A stretch of DNA of 64,000 nucleotides from the NCBI GenBank assembly GCA_004022145.1, contig RCNU01000023.1; one strand, 5' to 3'. Positions 12,011 through 24,195 of this stretch are shown piece by piece. The notes beneath the pieces were generated by a model. It was given only the letters and a program-made list of their open reading frames with translations, was not told the DNA's origin and did no database searches. The number at the start of each line of letters is the position of its first letter. Within the stretch, counting starts at the first letter, position 1. The position numbers and the translations under genes are program-made. The DNA is from Paecilomyces variotii (lineage: Eukaryota).

Positions 12011-13582
12011 GGCGTAGGAGGGACGGCTCCTGAACATCAGGAGATAATGAGACATAGCCTTCCTCGACATATACCACATCTATCCGAAAACTAATGTTAG
12101 ATATAGTGGCACGGGGGAGATGGACAGGTGAACCACGTTGAGTAATGTATGAGTGAATATAAGGCCGCAACATTACAATCTAGTGACCTATCCGAAACTT
12201 CGAGTTGATTTATCTCCATCTTAATTGTCCGGCTAGCTGATCTATACACCAGACGCCTTTTGATGTAGGTATCGATGTATATACCTGCACGGCGCTCTAT
12301 GCTTTGCGTGGATGGTGATCTCTTTTCATCACATGCAACCGGATTACACGAGTGCCGTTCAGAGAGCCCTAATTTCCAGTACCATTGATGGCGACGAATT
12401 GAAAAATGTGATATTTGGATGCCATGTCACTGTAAAGATAGTGAATATAGCAGAAAAGGTGTCTGGCGGAGTTAATTTACGGGGTCGGGAAACCATCAAG
12501 CATATGCGTCTTCCTGAGTATTTCTGTAGAATAATTCCAGTAGATAATTATAGCATCTGTAGAGTTAGGTGCATTTTCTATTCTAGCTATCTGAGAGTCA
12601 AAGATAATTTACTGGGTCTGCTATTGCGGACGAAAGAAAAGAAAATAAGTATCTTCTTGATCACTAACAAGATGATTGGAATAATATAATGCAGGTCTTT
12701 GAGGAAATCTGAAGACAGGAGTATTCTTAAATTATTGTGATTGGCAAACTAAGATATACCAGTCACGCGCGTCTGTATAAAGGGGGATCGCGGTTAACTA
12801 TCAAGAGGTCAGGCGATGCAGCTGCTGTTGCAATACGCATATGCAAAATCTGAGTATTTGTCGGCGTATAAAGCAAACGCCAGGTGATCTGTCAATCATC
12901 CGTTTGTGGCAGATTCTTTGAATCCTGATTATGCTGGATTACTACTAGATTACTACTAGATTACTAGATTACTAGGATCTAGATTCTTTGTATGCTAGAG
13001 ATAAATATGGGATCAAATCCGCCCTAGACCTAGAGTCAAGCAAGCAATTCAGATTCTGCTTCCGTGCTCTTTACGATTCGACAGTATTCCTATATATTTA
13101 TTTGTCCTACTTGTCTTGTAGTTATATGATTGTTGCGTTTTGTGGATATTATCAGTTTAGGTCAATGCTATACTGACTCTATTTATATATAATTTCAGAA
13201 CTCCTAGGCTCTTAGTAGCAGGTCTCTGCTCACCCGACCAGCTAGTTTCGTTATCTAGATTAATATAGCTTTCTCTGGCCAGATGACTACATTGAAGATA
13301 ATAACTGCCTCTCTTTGCGCAACACAATTGGTGAAGTGATGTGATGTAGTTTATCAACAGGCGGCGCTTTTACCAAGTAACGAAACGATTGCCGACCTGC
13401 GACATGAGCTAGTGCCCCTGGCGATTCCAAAGACCGCGGAAGACCGGTACGGCCTCATTGTTGGCTATTTTCTTCGGGCGGGCATTCACCCATATTCCAG
13501 GAAAGGCGCGTACACGCATTAAGTATTCATTTTGGTATTTAAAATTGCATTCGTTTTGACAAAAAGGAGTCACTTTGCCGGC

Positions 13583-14770
13583 ATGGTCTCCGATTCGCGA
13601 CTATCGCAGCAGGGTCAAGACCGACAAGCGAAAACTACGAATCCGATTCTCCAGGATGTGGCTGCGATGGGAAGATTTGTCGCTGATAGTTTCCGCCATC
13701 CCCTGGAGACCGCTAGCAGCGTTGGACCTACACTTAGTGAGCTTACGCTTGGCTTCGTTGGCGAATCCTTCGTGCCGGAGAGGGACATTCGCGACCTTAC
13801 GGGCCAGGTGGTGTTTGTCACCGGCGGTGGGTGCCTCAATAATATGCTATTACATGCGAGCAGGGATCGAACCTTCATTTGAATTCAGCGGCTAACCTCC
13901 AGTCGCATAGGTAATGCCGGTCTGGGTAAGGAAACGATCTTGCAATTAGCGCGCCATCGTCCAGCTTGCATCTACCTGGGTGCGCGGAACGAGGACAAGG
14001 CCCGCGATGCTATCGCCGACATCCAAGCGCAGCTGTCAAGCCCTGTCGAGATCAAATACGTCCCACTGGACCTTGCTTCATTCAAATCCATCCATGCTGC
14101 TGCGGAAAGATTCACCGCAGAATGCCATCGCCTGGACCTCCTCATCTTGAACGCCGGGATAATGGCGCATGATGCTGTCACCACGGAAGACGGCTTTGAG
14201 ATTCAATTCGGAACGAACCATGTTGGACATTTCCTCCTCACCCAGCTTCTCTTGCCAACTTTGCTACGGACCGTAAAGGATGTAGGCCCTGCAGCCGATG
14301 TCAGGGTAATTACCTTGAGTTCCGTAGCCCACAAGGCCGCACCGGGGTTTGATGTTATGACCTCGACACCTGCGCTCCTGGGTAGCAACACTTGGCTTCG
14401 TTACGGTGCCTCCAAGGCCGCTAACATCCTCTTCGCGGCAGAGCTCGCGAGACGATATCCCGAGATTACATCTGTCTCCGTGCATCCCGGAGCCGTTGCG
14501 AGCAACTTGTACGAGACAGCCAAGGCTTCAAATTCCGTGCAGCACTATGCCATTGCCACCTTTAGCGGCCTCGCCATGCGCAGCGTCCGTACGGGAGCCT
14601 TTAACCAGCTGTGGGCGGCGGGCGTTTCGCGGGAGTCGTTGATCAATGGTGCGTACTATACCCCAGTGGGAATCGTCCAGAAACACAACCGCTATGCGAC
14701 CGATGCGGAGCTGGGGAAGAGGTTGTGGGCGTGGACAGATGAGGCGATTGGGAAGGCGTCCAAGTCGTAG
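13583..14770 (+). CDS. Short-chain dehydrogenase/reductase (retinol dehydrogenase/WWOX-like), 2 exons (intron 13827-13910)
   Basis: Spliced VFVTGGNAGLG, LNAGIM, FGTNHVGHF, YGASKAAN (YxxxK) and VHPG. Confidence 0.9.
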
Positions 14771-15743
14771 TGCATTAATTGCATATATACCGTTGGATAT
14801 TTCGACATCATATGTATATACAGGAGGGCCTTTTCCCTTGGTCTCTCATGTATTGTAGTCTGGGAGCAGTATCGCAGATGTGGATGTATGTACATACTAC
14901 TAGTTAGTCATTGCCCTACCCAGCCATGCAATCACATTTATGTATGTACCTGTGGATTAGTTACTACATATACCATTTGTTTCTGATTTTCTTGTCCTTG
15001 GATAATACGGTAGAAACCTCCACGGTGTGGAAATAGAGTCAAAGTCAGACAATAATAATGAGAGAGAGTAGTTATAGAAACCGCTGCAGAAATTGCTACA
15101 TTAATATTTAATATTCCATAGTCTCTCGCGTGCCGCATTCCAAGTCCAGACCCGTTGTTAGGGTTTAGCCGAGCAGAAGCTCTCCCGACATCTTCTTCCA
15201 CCACGAACTGCGCACAACAACACTCGAATAAACCATCCTGATGTCTCTGATGCATCCCCATGCCTTGTAATATCGTAGTCCTGTTAGACATAACCCGTAG
15301 ACGTGGCCCTCATGGCTGTCCGTAAGAAACGTGGACTGTGAACCAGGCGAACCGTTCATTTTGCACTCCACACAAACTGGTGCTTGGGCCCGACGGCGAG
15401 CTAAGTAATTCGGAACCCCAAGATGTTGCTCGTCTCCCTCCACTGCGTCTTCTGCTCGATCCAACCTCTCTAGAGACGAACCATTATCACCCCTCTACGA
15501 AGACCTTTCCTTGTGAGTGCCCTCGACCTCGACCCTCTTTGTCTTGCGCGGTGAGCGAAGATCAATCGTCTCCAAGCCCCAACCCCGCTGCGACCTACAA
15601 TAACTCTACTTCGTTACCGAGCTTAGCTAACCAGACGCCTTTTCGCTAACAAGACCCGGTCACTGAAATCGTCGGCGGGCGACATAATTCCACACGCGCG
15701 AAACTCATACAGAATCGAGTGTCCCCGAGAACAAAATCTCATA

Positions 15744-16754
15744 ATGGATCAGGCAAAGCTGGCTAGACTCCAGGCGAGCGTGCGGATTGGTACGTGTGTT
15801 CTGTTGGTTGGATTGTGTGCGGCATGATTTCGCAATCTCGAACTGGGCTGTTAGGCTTCGTGCGGAGGAAGCAGTAGCTGCTGGGAAGCTTAGCCTAGCC
15901 CCCTTTTCTGGTTGTCGAATATCTTTCGCCTTGTTCTATCTGCCTTATGAGTTTGCCGATGCAACGATGGGATTGCTAACATGTGCTCTGCAATCTAGGG
16001 TGCGTTATACTCTTTGACCTTACCCTTTGAGAAGATTAAAGGGATCCCCTTTCGCCCTTCATCTCTATCCCAAGGCCTTTACTGTCCTGGAGCACAATTC
16101 AATTCATTCCAATATTCCAGTGTGCGAGGCTTGATCGCATCCCCGTTTCTATCAGCTCCAATGCACGATTTACATCTCGACTGAATAAAGTTATACACGG
16201 GTTTGGCTGACATTGGATATTTCCACGTTACAGAGGCAAGGGTACCCCCCGCCGCAAGACCAAGAGAGTCCACAAGTCGTCCGGCGCCGACGACAAGAAG
16301 CTCCAGACCACCCTGAAGAAGATGAACGTTCAGCCCATCCAGGCTATCGAGGAGGTTAACATGTTCAAGGAGGACGGCAACGTCATCCACTTCTCTGCTC
16401 CTAGAGGTGAGTCCGGATAGTCGGTCTTCTGCGCGACCTATGTCGATGGAGAGAGTACACTTCTTCAACAACCGCGAATTGTCTGCTAATCATCCATGAC
16501 ACTCTTCAGTCCACGCTTCCGTCCCCTCCAACACATTCGCCCTCTACGGTAACGGTGAGGAGAAGGAACTGACCGAGCTCGTCCCCGGTATCCTCAACCA
16601 GCTCGGCCCCGACAGCCTCGCATCCCTCCGCAAGCTCGCTGAGAGCTACCAGAACCTCCAGAAGAAGGAGGGTGCTGAGAAGAAGGAGGACGATGATGAG
16701 GATGACATCCCCGACCTGGTCGAGGGTGAGAACTTCGAGAGCAAGGTTGAGTAA
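15744..16754 (+). CDS. egd1: Nascent polypeptide-associated complex subunit beta (BTF3). Exons 15744-15789, 15999 (1 nt), 16234-16406, 16510-16754.
   Basis: [24 protein letters not shown]...[59 protein letters not shown] probable 5'-UTR intron lies at about 15513-15653. Confidence 0.97.
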
Positions 16755-17821
16755 ACGGGTTCAGAGCTGTGCTGTGTGGGGGAAAAGAGGGGCAGGCGCA
16801 AAAGATGGAATTGAAAGGAATTGATCAATCATTACGAAATAATAAGAATGCTTGTGACGTTGATTGTATCCGACTGGGCCTGCAGGTCCTTCCACTGGTC
16901 ATCTACCCTGTGTCCCTCCAAGACTGTGCGATATCTGAGCTATCCATCTATATCAAACATATCTTCTGGCCCATCTTCATGGGTCAGACTACGCCGACGT
17001 TGCAATATTGGTCACTTGTTAGTATTGGCTATCATTGCTGGCCAAATCTGTTTCAAGTTGCGAAATCCTATCAGCATGACCAGTGACTATGATCCTTGCC
17101 TAGGAGGATATGGTTGTAACATGAAGGTGGACCTATGACTGATCTCTCATACTAATTTGAGGGTAACATGAAAAGATATCGATGAGGCAATCGGGCCCGT
17201 TCTTCTAATCAATGAAGAAATATTAGGATGCCGCGTCATACAATTGCACGGAATGGTCCTTAATCCACCGTTACACAGAACCCAACACTAGGAAAACCAA
17301 CGACCACACGCCCACAAGGCTTATGTACGCTTATCGCCAAACTCCCCGCAATAGAGGCTGCAAAATAAAGAATAGAAAGATCGCCATGATACATGCTGGG
17401 CTGTAATGTTGATAAACTTTTCTTTGGATGAGGCAACCATGCACCAACAAACGGAACGTCGAACTTGCCGTAGTCATTAGCAAGAATCATCGTCTCGGAG
17501 CTCTAACGCAACATACAATTGCAGAGCACACATTTTTCGAGCCAATCCCAACTCCTGTACGCATGAATGTGCATTCTTAGAGTTCTGGCTGCAGTTGGAA
17601 TCTCCCGAGCGTGGAAGCCATGAAGCTGCGATGACATCTGTAAGTCCCTCTATAGGAACTCGTCCACCGCATCTGGAACATCCACACAGATATTCCTTGC
17701 CAAGGCTGTCTATCAACACTGGGTAATCTGTTGTGATCTCAATGACACTTCCAAGTGTCCATGTTCGAGAAAAGCCGTGCCGCTGACCAGTCAGGAAATG
17801 ATAGGTGAGGCAGCTAGGCTC

Positions 17822-19142
17822 TCACGATTCTTCCTTGAGGCCACAAATATCAGTACCGAATATCATGTCGACCATGTACCATAGGCGCCAATAGAGATTC
17901 GATTTTTCATAGTCGAAAGTTCCATCTTCGCGTAGCTGAGGTCCATCGCCCACAATATCACCAGTAAACCAGCTCAGTATCGGGATAGAACGCAACACTC
18001 GCTCACTAACAGTTGGCTGAGGAGGTAGTGCTTCGGTGATAGGACGGAGGGTCGCGCGTCGGACGTTTGGAAGATGCGTCATGAATTCGGACTCAGGCTT
18101 CGTCTCTACGTTTTGGCGTTGACGAGCACCTGTAACCTGTTCAATTGCCGTGGCCGTAGCTGAGCTCGCTGTCGCAGTGGACAGTTGCGAATCACCTTCG
18201 TCGTCCCCCGCACCGGCCACGTTCGCGAGATTGCCGACGGTGAATGACCGTGGGAGGGTAGATCTCTCCGGTTCAGTGTGTTGTAGGAAGGATGTAGAAT
18301 AGGAAGGCGTAAGGGTGTGATGAGCCTTGGACTTCGACCGACTAGCAGCTGCAGACCCCTTTGGGATCGGGGCATCTTCAAGCGGACCTTGGCCATGGTA
18401 GGGCTCACAGAAAACAAGATGGCCGTCGATTTCTTGCGGCGAAAAATAGCACGCGCGGTCAGCGGCTATCGTGGAGTCAAAGGTGACCTTTATCCAGTGG
18501 TAACCTCCGGCATATCTCTTCGATTTGCGATTAGCATCCGCAGAAAGATTGGCCCGAATGACAACGTCACCACCACTCAACAACTGAGAGAACGTGTTCG
18601 GAGCATTAGGATCGCTGCGCGGGTAGTCCTCGCAGATGAGACCCTGAGAGATGCGCTCGTATTTGTCTATCACCTTCCACTCCGAATCTTTGTTTCGGTA
18701 TCCATAGAGTATGCACTCGGTAGCAACCTTCTCGATCGGTTTTCGCGATCCTTCAAGGCTTGACGCAGATGATGACTTCGGCAGGCTACTGTGCGCCCTT
18801 TCTTCCTCTTGCTGTTGAGTGAAGAGTCGGTTGAACTCTGCGACATTAGGGTTTTCCTTTTTTGCAGGGGTTCCAGTGCGAGTGCGCGACCGAGCGTGGT
18901 CATAACGAGCGTTGCGTCTCTTGCCAAACGGTCCAGTCTCTTCTGGCGGTCGACGAGGATTGCGAGATTCGCTGCCAGTCTCCATATTAGCACCCGCATG
19001 ACACTGACTATGATAAACATAATGCAGGAGAGGGGGTGACATCGGACTGAAGTACATACTCCTTGTAGACATAACCCCAGGGGAGGAGATTTCCTTTTTC
19101 ATCTCTCGCTCGTTCTTCTGGCGGTACAAAGTGATACTCCAT
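17822..19142 (-). CDS. Nup53/Nup35-like RRM protein, 2 exons
   Basis: MEYHFVPPEE...YKD spliced to ESRNPRRPPEE. The RRM-like core CILYGY...GGYHWIKVTFDS...IDGHLVFCEPY resembles the Nup53 RRM. Confidence 0.65.
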
Positions 19143-19611
19143 GGCGACACCCAGGCCAAATGCGATGGGGTAACTAGACACAGGGTATGACCTGGAAAAG
19201 AACGGGGAACTGAAAGGAAGTGCTAAAGAAAAGGTATGAAGGGTGAAAGGAAAACATGCGCGACCAGCTAAAGTCGGTTCTGGGCGATCGAAACAGTCTA
19301 CAGAAATAAACACCCATTAGCCTGGATATCCGTCACGTGATGTAGATCCTTGCCCCCATCTCCACATCAGGTATGTAAACACATTTAACATTTAACTAAC
19401 ACGGTTGGATTATTTCATAAATGTGCCTGCTATGCCCAAATAAATCTCATAAAAAGGCTGTATATAAAATAGCGACACTCAAATGCTATCGACATGCGGG
19501 GAGCATTGGTTTACTGACTTTTATGGGAGTTAACTTCATTAGATCTAAGTGTCTCTTGAGTACCATGTCTTTTCCCTACCATGTCTAGATTTCAATTACA
19601 TCCATAGGCAG

Positions 19612-21515
19612 TCATATCTCTTGCGGTTCCTGTCTGAGGAACGTGATCCTCCCAACATCCCCATCCAGACCGCAGACTTCAGCGAAATCGCCGACCTCCT
19701 CCTTCCTCCTGCGCACGAAATGCAGAAACTCCATGAGGGGACAACTCGAGCCAGGGCCAGAACTGCATTCTGAAAGAGGTACGATACCATCGTTAATATT
19801 GACCCGGACGAAGACGTTATTCGATGGGGAAGTCTCAGCTGAGGAGCCGCAGACCAACCGTTCGAAGGTGACCCGGCCACCCATGGGTAGGACCGCTGCT
19901 GTGCGCCAGACACGGTCTGCAGCGATGTGCGACGTCGGTAGATGAGGATCATAAGCCTGATCGGATAAGATGTCCAGAGCGACAAGCAGTGGGGCGATGT
20001 CACCATCATGTACACTGTTGAATGTAAAATGTTAGTTCCTGCTGTTTAGCTTTTGCAATTTGGATATGTGAGGTTCTCAAAACCTACAAGCTTAGAAACA
20101 TTGTCCCAGCATCTGGACCGTCCTGTAGCAAGTCCGCTGTAGCGTTTAGCCAGAGCCAACCCATAGCACCTGCATAGGGGTTTCCAGGACCAGCACGGTA
20201 GTAGTGTATCAGATCCCTCGCATACTCGAAGTGGTCCCATTCATCCTCAGTGAATACATCGCACCAAGGGCTGAACCCACGCACTATTGTTTCAAACCCA
20301 CACATTTCCTGCATGCTGAAGATGTCAAGATTGGTTAAGCGCCCCAAAGCCTCATTGCCTTCCGATTGCAGACGGTCGGCAATCTCAGGGGCATAAGAGT
20401 CTCGGAAGAGTGATTGCATGTTAGCACCATTATCATGACCTAACTCCGTGTCCTCGAGATATTTGAGACATGTATCCCCCGGTGTGAGCGTGTCAGCGCG
20501 ACGCTCAAAGGTCTCCGGTATAATCTGCAGCTCTGCTATCCCGTCTTTTTCCCACATGGAACCCAAAAGTCCCGAGGCAAAGTAGCGTGCAGTGTCAATT
20601 ACCCGCTGAGAATCACTCGCCCATAGACGAATTTTGCGCTTTGGTAAAAGATTCGCATATCTCGTCCGAAACCGAACGCCTGCCGTGAATGCTTGCAGCG
20701 TCCCTGCATACGGTCCTGTGGTGGTCAATTGATCCAAGTCTTTGGACGGTTCGTCTGTAAAATAAGTCCAGTTATTGACAAATGCAAGGGAGCCATTCAG
20801 GGCAACGCTCGCTTCTTTGATCCGGGACAGAAGGTCCAGATGCCCTTGAGAGGAGAAAAGTAAGTTTCAAGCTTGTTACAAGGTCGGGCGCGGGAGGGGA
20901 TCAACTTCAATTCGTACATGACGAACTGAAGGTTTTGGAACGTACGGTCTCCCACTGATTTAGTCGGATAACGTTCAGTATGACGGGACATCTGGATTTA
21001 GGTTAGAGAATGCCACGGAATGAGTAATGACATCTCGGAGAAAGCATGAATCACCTGCAACGGACTGTAGCAAATACTCTATGTATAAGAGCAAGGCAGA
21101 AGAATATGGGGCTTCAATTCAGTTGCAGGCAAGATGAACGCACCACATGTATCTGATCAACTACACACCCTACAGGCGGTGCGACTGCGTCACCCTGGCC
21201 AATAGTAGAAGCAGTCCCATCTACTTTCTCAATCCACGGCCCATATCCTCCCAGATGGTACAATATATTCCATCCTTTTCGTCGTTCTCTTGGCGGATCT
21301 GGACCCGCGCGCTGTGGATGAAACCATGTGTTCCAGCTTGCTGTATGTGGAAGGAAAGGGTGTAATGATTCTGAATCCGGCCTACAGAGTCCTGCGCGAT
21401 GGGACAGCGTTGAGAAAATCTGGGATAACCCCTGCTCTTGGGTATACAAAGAGATCCCGAGGAGGAGGACAATAAACGATGAAAAGCTCACCAGAGAGAA
21501 GGCAGAGCTCTGCAT
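19612..21515 (-). CDS. Histidine acid phosphatase / 3-phytase-like protein, 4 exons
   Basis: N-terminal hydrophobic anchor. HLGGYGPW, RHTERYP (RHGxRxP variant), MCGFET, YYRAGPGNP, VHDGDI, MGGRVTFERL and VRVNINDG. Confidence 0.88.
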
Positions 21516-22526
21516 GTTGCTGTTTTCAGCAGAGCAATGTCTCTAAGCCCTCTCTACCTGGAGGCTTACAGAGCAGAGGAAAACATTCACCAAACTGACT
21601 GATTCTGATATCCCTTCATAATCCTCTCACAGATCATACCGGCGGTGAAACATTTCTGTGGTCCGTTTCTCCGGTGATTCTTACCATTTCTGCCGCCAAG
21701 AGCGCGATCGGGCTGCACTAGGAACATGCGCGGAAAAGGTGAGAGATTCAAGAGGCGATTACAATTTTACATAAATCTCGTACTAACTAGTTTAACTCTT
21801 TGGACATGTAAACATCTCCTAGCAAGACATTCGGGGATACCTATATTCTAGCAAGTACCATACACCAAATAGAAATGGAGTAAGTCATGAGCATCATGCA
21901 GCTCGCAACGAGGAAGGTATAAATTGCTGTGAATAATACACTTCTGTGGGTGATCACCCTGGCAGGGACAGTCGCCGTCTCAATGCATGCCCTTGCTGTC
22001 TGTCTTCCATCCTACCCAGCTTTTCCGGGACACTAACAGGCTACGTGGTAGGTTGATTGATTCTTTTCTGTTCAAGAGACTCGTGGGCCTTCAGGTGCGT
22101 ATAAGTGGATGTATCCGAATTATTTAACAGAAATGGCACACGGGAAACTACATGTTACCATCTCGTTCGAAACATGGTGTTTCAAGTAGGCGAAGTCTAC
22201 AATATGTCATCGTACATACGGGGCGTTTATCTGTCTAGATAGCGTTGATCGACGCTTAACCTCTTTTTGGTCATATGCGCCGCTGGAGGGGGCTGAATGA
22301 CATCAAACGCCGACTGGGACCTCAACCGCTGTCAGCGCTAATGTATCCGGGGTTTCCTGTCGTCAACGGTGGGAATGCGATTATGTATACTTCTACTGGT
22401 AGGCGGACATGTCGGCGTATTCATACCTAGCCAACCAATCAATCTACCCCGTACGGAATGTGACGAATTACACATGGCGATTAATTTCACTGATATTATT
22501 ATTATTAGACATCGAATTTGCCCTCC

Positions 22527-23750
22527 TCATAAGCTATGCTCTCTCTTCATCTCTATATTGGTCCAAACATATGTCACACCCGCCCATACCACAATATACG
22601 CAAATAGAACGCCTAACGATAATCCAAATGCGTAGTGAAACGGCAAGGTCCATATGACCGCCGACACGCAACCAATGTAGACACACACTCCCAGCAGCCA
22701 CCATAGTGTCAGATAAAAAAAGAACTGTCTAAACATCTTGTTAGTCTCATATCTATCATTATATCGCACCCGGAATTCGCGGTCTTGCAATCCATCGACG
22801 GCGATGAAGTCCTCTGCCGCATAATAGATGAAAGGGCGTAGCCCCGACCCTCGAGGCTGGGAGTTGATGCCGATCGGGATGTTCCACCAGGGAAGGTCGA
22901 CCGTGATGACCATCAGAATGCCAAGGAACCCCATGATGAAGCTTGGTCCGTATAGATATAGTTTGGGTATCACCAAGCTGCTTCCGATAACGAACGGAAT
23001 CAGCGCCAACACCATGGCTACTAGATATACCCACGACGTAGCATCCAATTCCCATCGACTGCGAGAAAGAAGCGGTGCGCATTCCTCTTGATGAAACAGC
23101 AATCGCCATACGCGTGCGAGCAGAATCCATAGTTCACCAACGCCAAATGATGCAATCGCCGAGCCTAGGATATCTCTGTTGAACTGCGGTCTTTCAATGG
23201 GGCAAGGGTTTTGCCCAGGAAATCTTGTGCGACACTCATCCTTCCAGTGCCCCTTCTGGCTATCGTACCACGTGTAATAAATGATGCACGGCACCACAAT
23301 GTCAAAAATAACAATCATCGGTAGACCCAAGGTGATGCCGAGATGCTGCAGCGGGTGCGCTTCTTTCTGCGCCAGCCGAGTCTCTCTGCGCTTCAATGGC
23401 GGAAGGCTCCGTCCTCCTGTTGAGCCCACGGTAGTATTCCCAGTACTATAGATAGGCCGGTTGTTGGAGCTTGCTGGCCGTATTTCTTGGGAGCGTATGC
23501 TGTTGGCGTTGCTATGCGGTCTCGATCTTGGGACTCCAAAGTGGCGTGGCAACTCTGCAAAATCCTGGCTCATTGTAGTGGTTGCTGGAATGGATGGAGA
23601 GGCCTCATTCTCCGTCTCTTTTTCGTTTGGGCCATTTTCGGGCCGGGCATTCAGAGCTCCAGTCACTGTATTTTCATCGACTCCATCTGTTGGCGTTTGT
23701 GTCTTTTCTGGATCTGACCCAAGTACTTCCTTCTTAGCTGAAGGATCCAT
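22527..23750 (-). CDS. Uncharacterised multi-pass membrane protein (about 6 TM) with a disordered N-terminus
   Basis: 407-aa ORF with a polar N-terminus followed by several hydrophobic helices and the conserved-looking AAEDFIAVDG..REFRVRYNDRY. Confidence 0.75.
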   Translation of the reverse strand: MDPSAKKEVLGSDPEKTQTPTDGVDENTVTGALNARPENGPNEKETENEASPSIPATTTMSQDFAELPRHFGVPRSRPHSNANSIRSQEIRPASSNNRPIYSTGNTTVGSTGGRSLPPLKRRETRLAQKEAHPLQHLGITLGLPMIVIFDIVVPCIIYYTWYDSQKGHWKDECRTRFPGQNPCPIERPQFNRDILGSAIASFGVGELWILLARVWRLLFHQEECAPLLSRSRWELDATSWVYLVAMVLALIPFVIGSSLVIPKLYLYGPSFIMGFLGILMVITVDLPWWNIPIGINSQPRGSGLRPFIYYAAEDFIAVDGLQDREFRVRYNDRYETNKMFRQFFFYLTLWWLLGVCVYIGCVSAVIWTLPFHYAFGLSLGVLFAYIVVWAGVTYVWTNIEMKREHSL

Positions 23751-24168
23751 ATTCCCCCCTCTTCAGCAGGATCGTATTAAGCGGCCAATGGGCCAAAAGT
23801 GGCAGCGTAAACTCGCACGGCTGGCGCAAATCCAGCCGGTGCCGAAACCAATAGGTGCTCTGATTGCAAGGAAACAGACAATATCGAACTGTGCTGGTGC
23901 AACAGACGTCGCTCGAGAAGCAAAATAGGATCGTATAATAATGGTGCTGAAACAAGACAAAGCTGCTGGAATGATGGTAGTAGTGTTGGCGTCGCAACCG
24001 GATCCGTTTTCGGCCTTTTAGCAGATGTGGGCTATTATTTTGAGGCGTTTTTCGGGGCCGCGTAAAGCGGCAGTGATTGACTGACCCCTGAATCGCGACT
24101 TAGTCGTACCGGGAATAACGCTGCGAGATGAGATCTGAAGAAGCTTTGCTCCGATCCAGGCAAGGATG

Positions 24169-24195
24169 TATATATATATGTATATATATATATAT
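24169..24195. repeat. Interrupted (TA)n microsatellite
   Basis: Direct reading. Confidence 0.9.

Noticed and set aside
1-13400. Starship giant-transposon boundary or cargo
   Set aside because: No DUF3435 tyrosine recombinase or typical auxiliary genes are visible. The boundary is explained by a hAT end.
16000-16233. Intronic snoRNA in egd1 intron 2
   Set aside because: No convincing C/D pair, and no H box (ANANNA) correctly placed between two hairpins. Only short stems and one ACA were found.
15790-16233. Stwintron (nested intron) interpretation
   Set aside because: Both introns have complete, uninterrupted donor and acceptor sites separated by one base, so neither splice site is split by the other intron.
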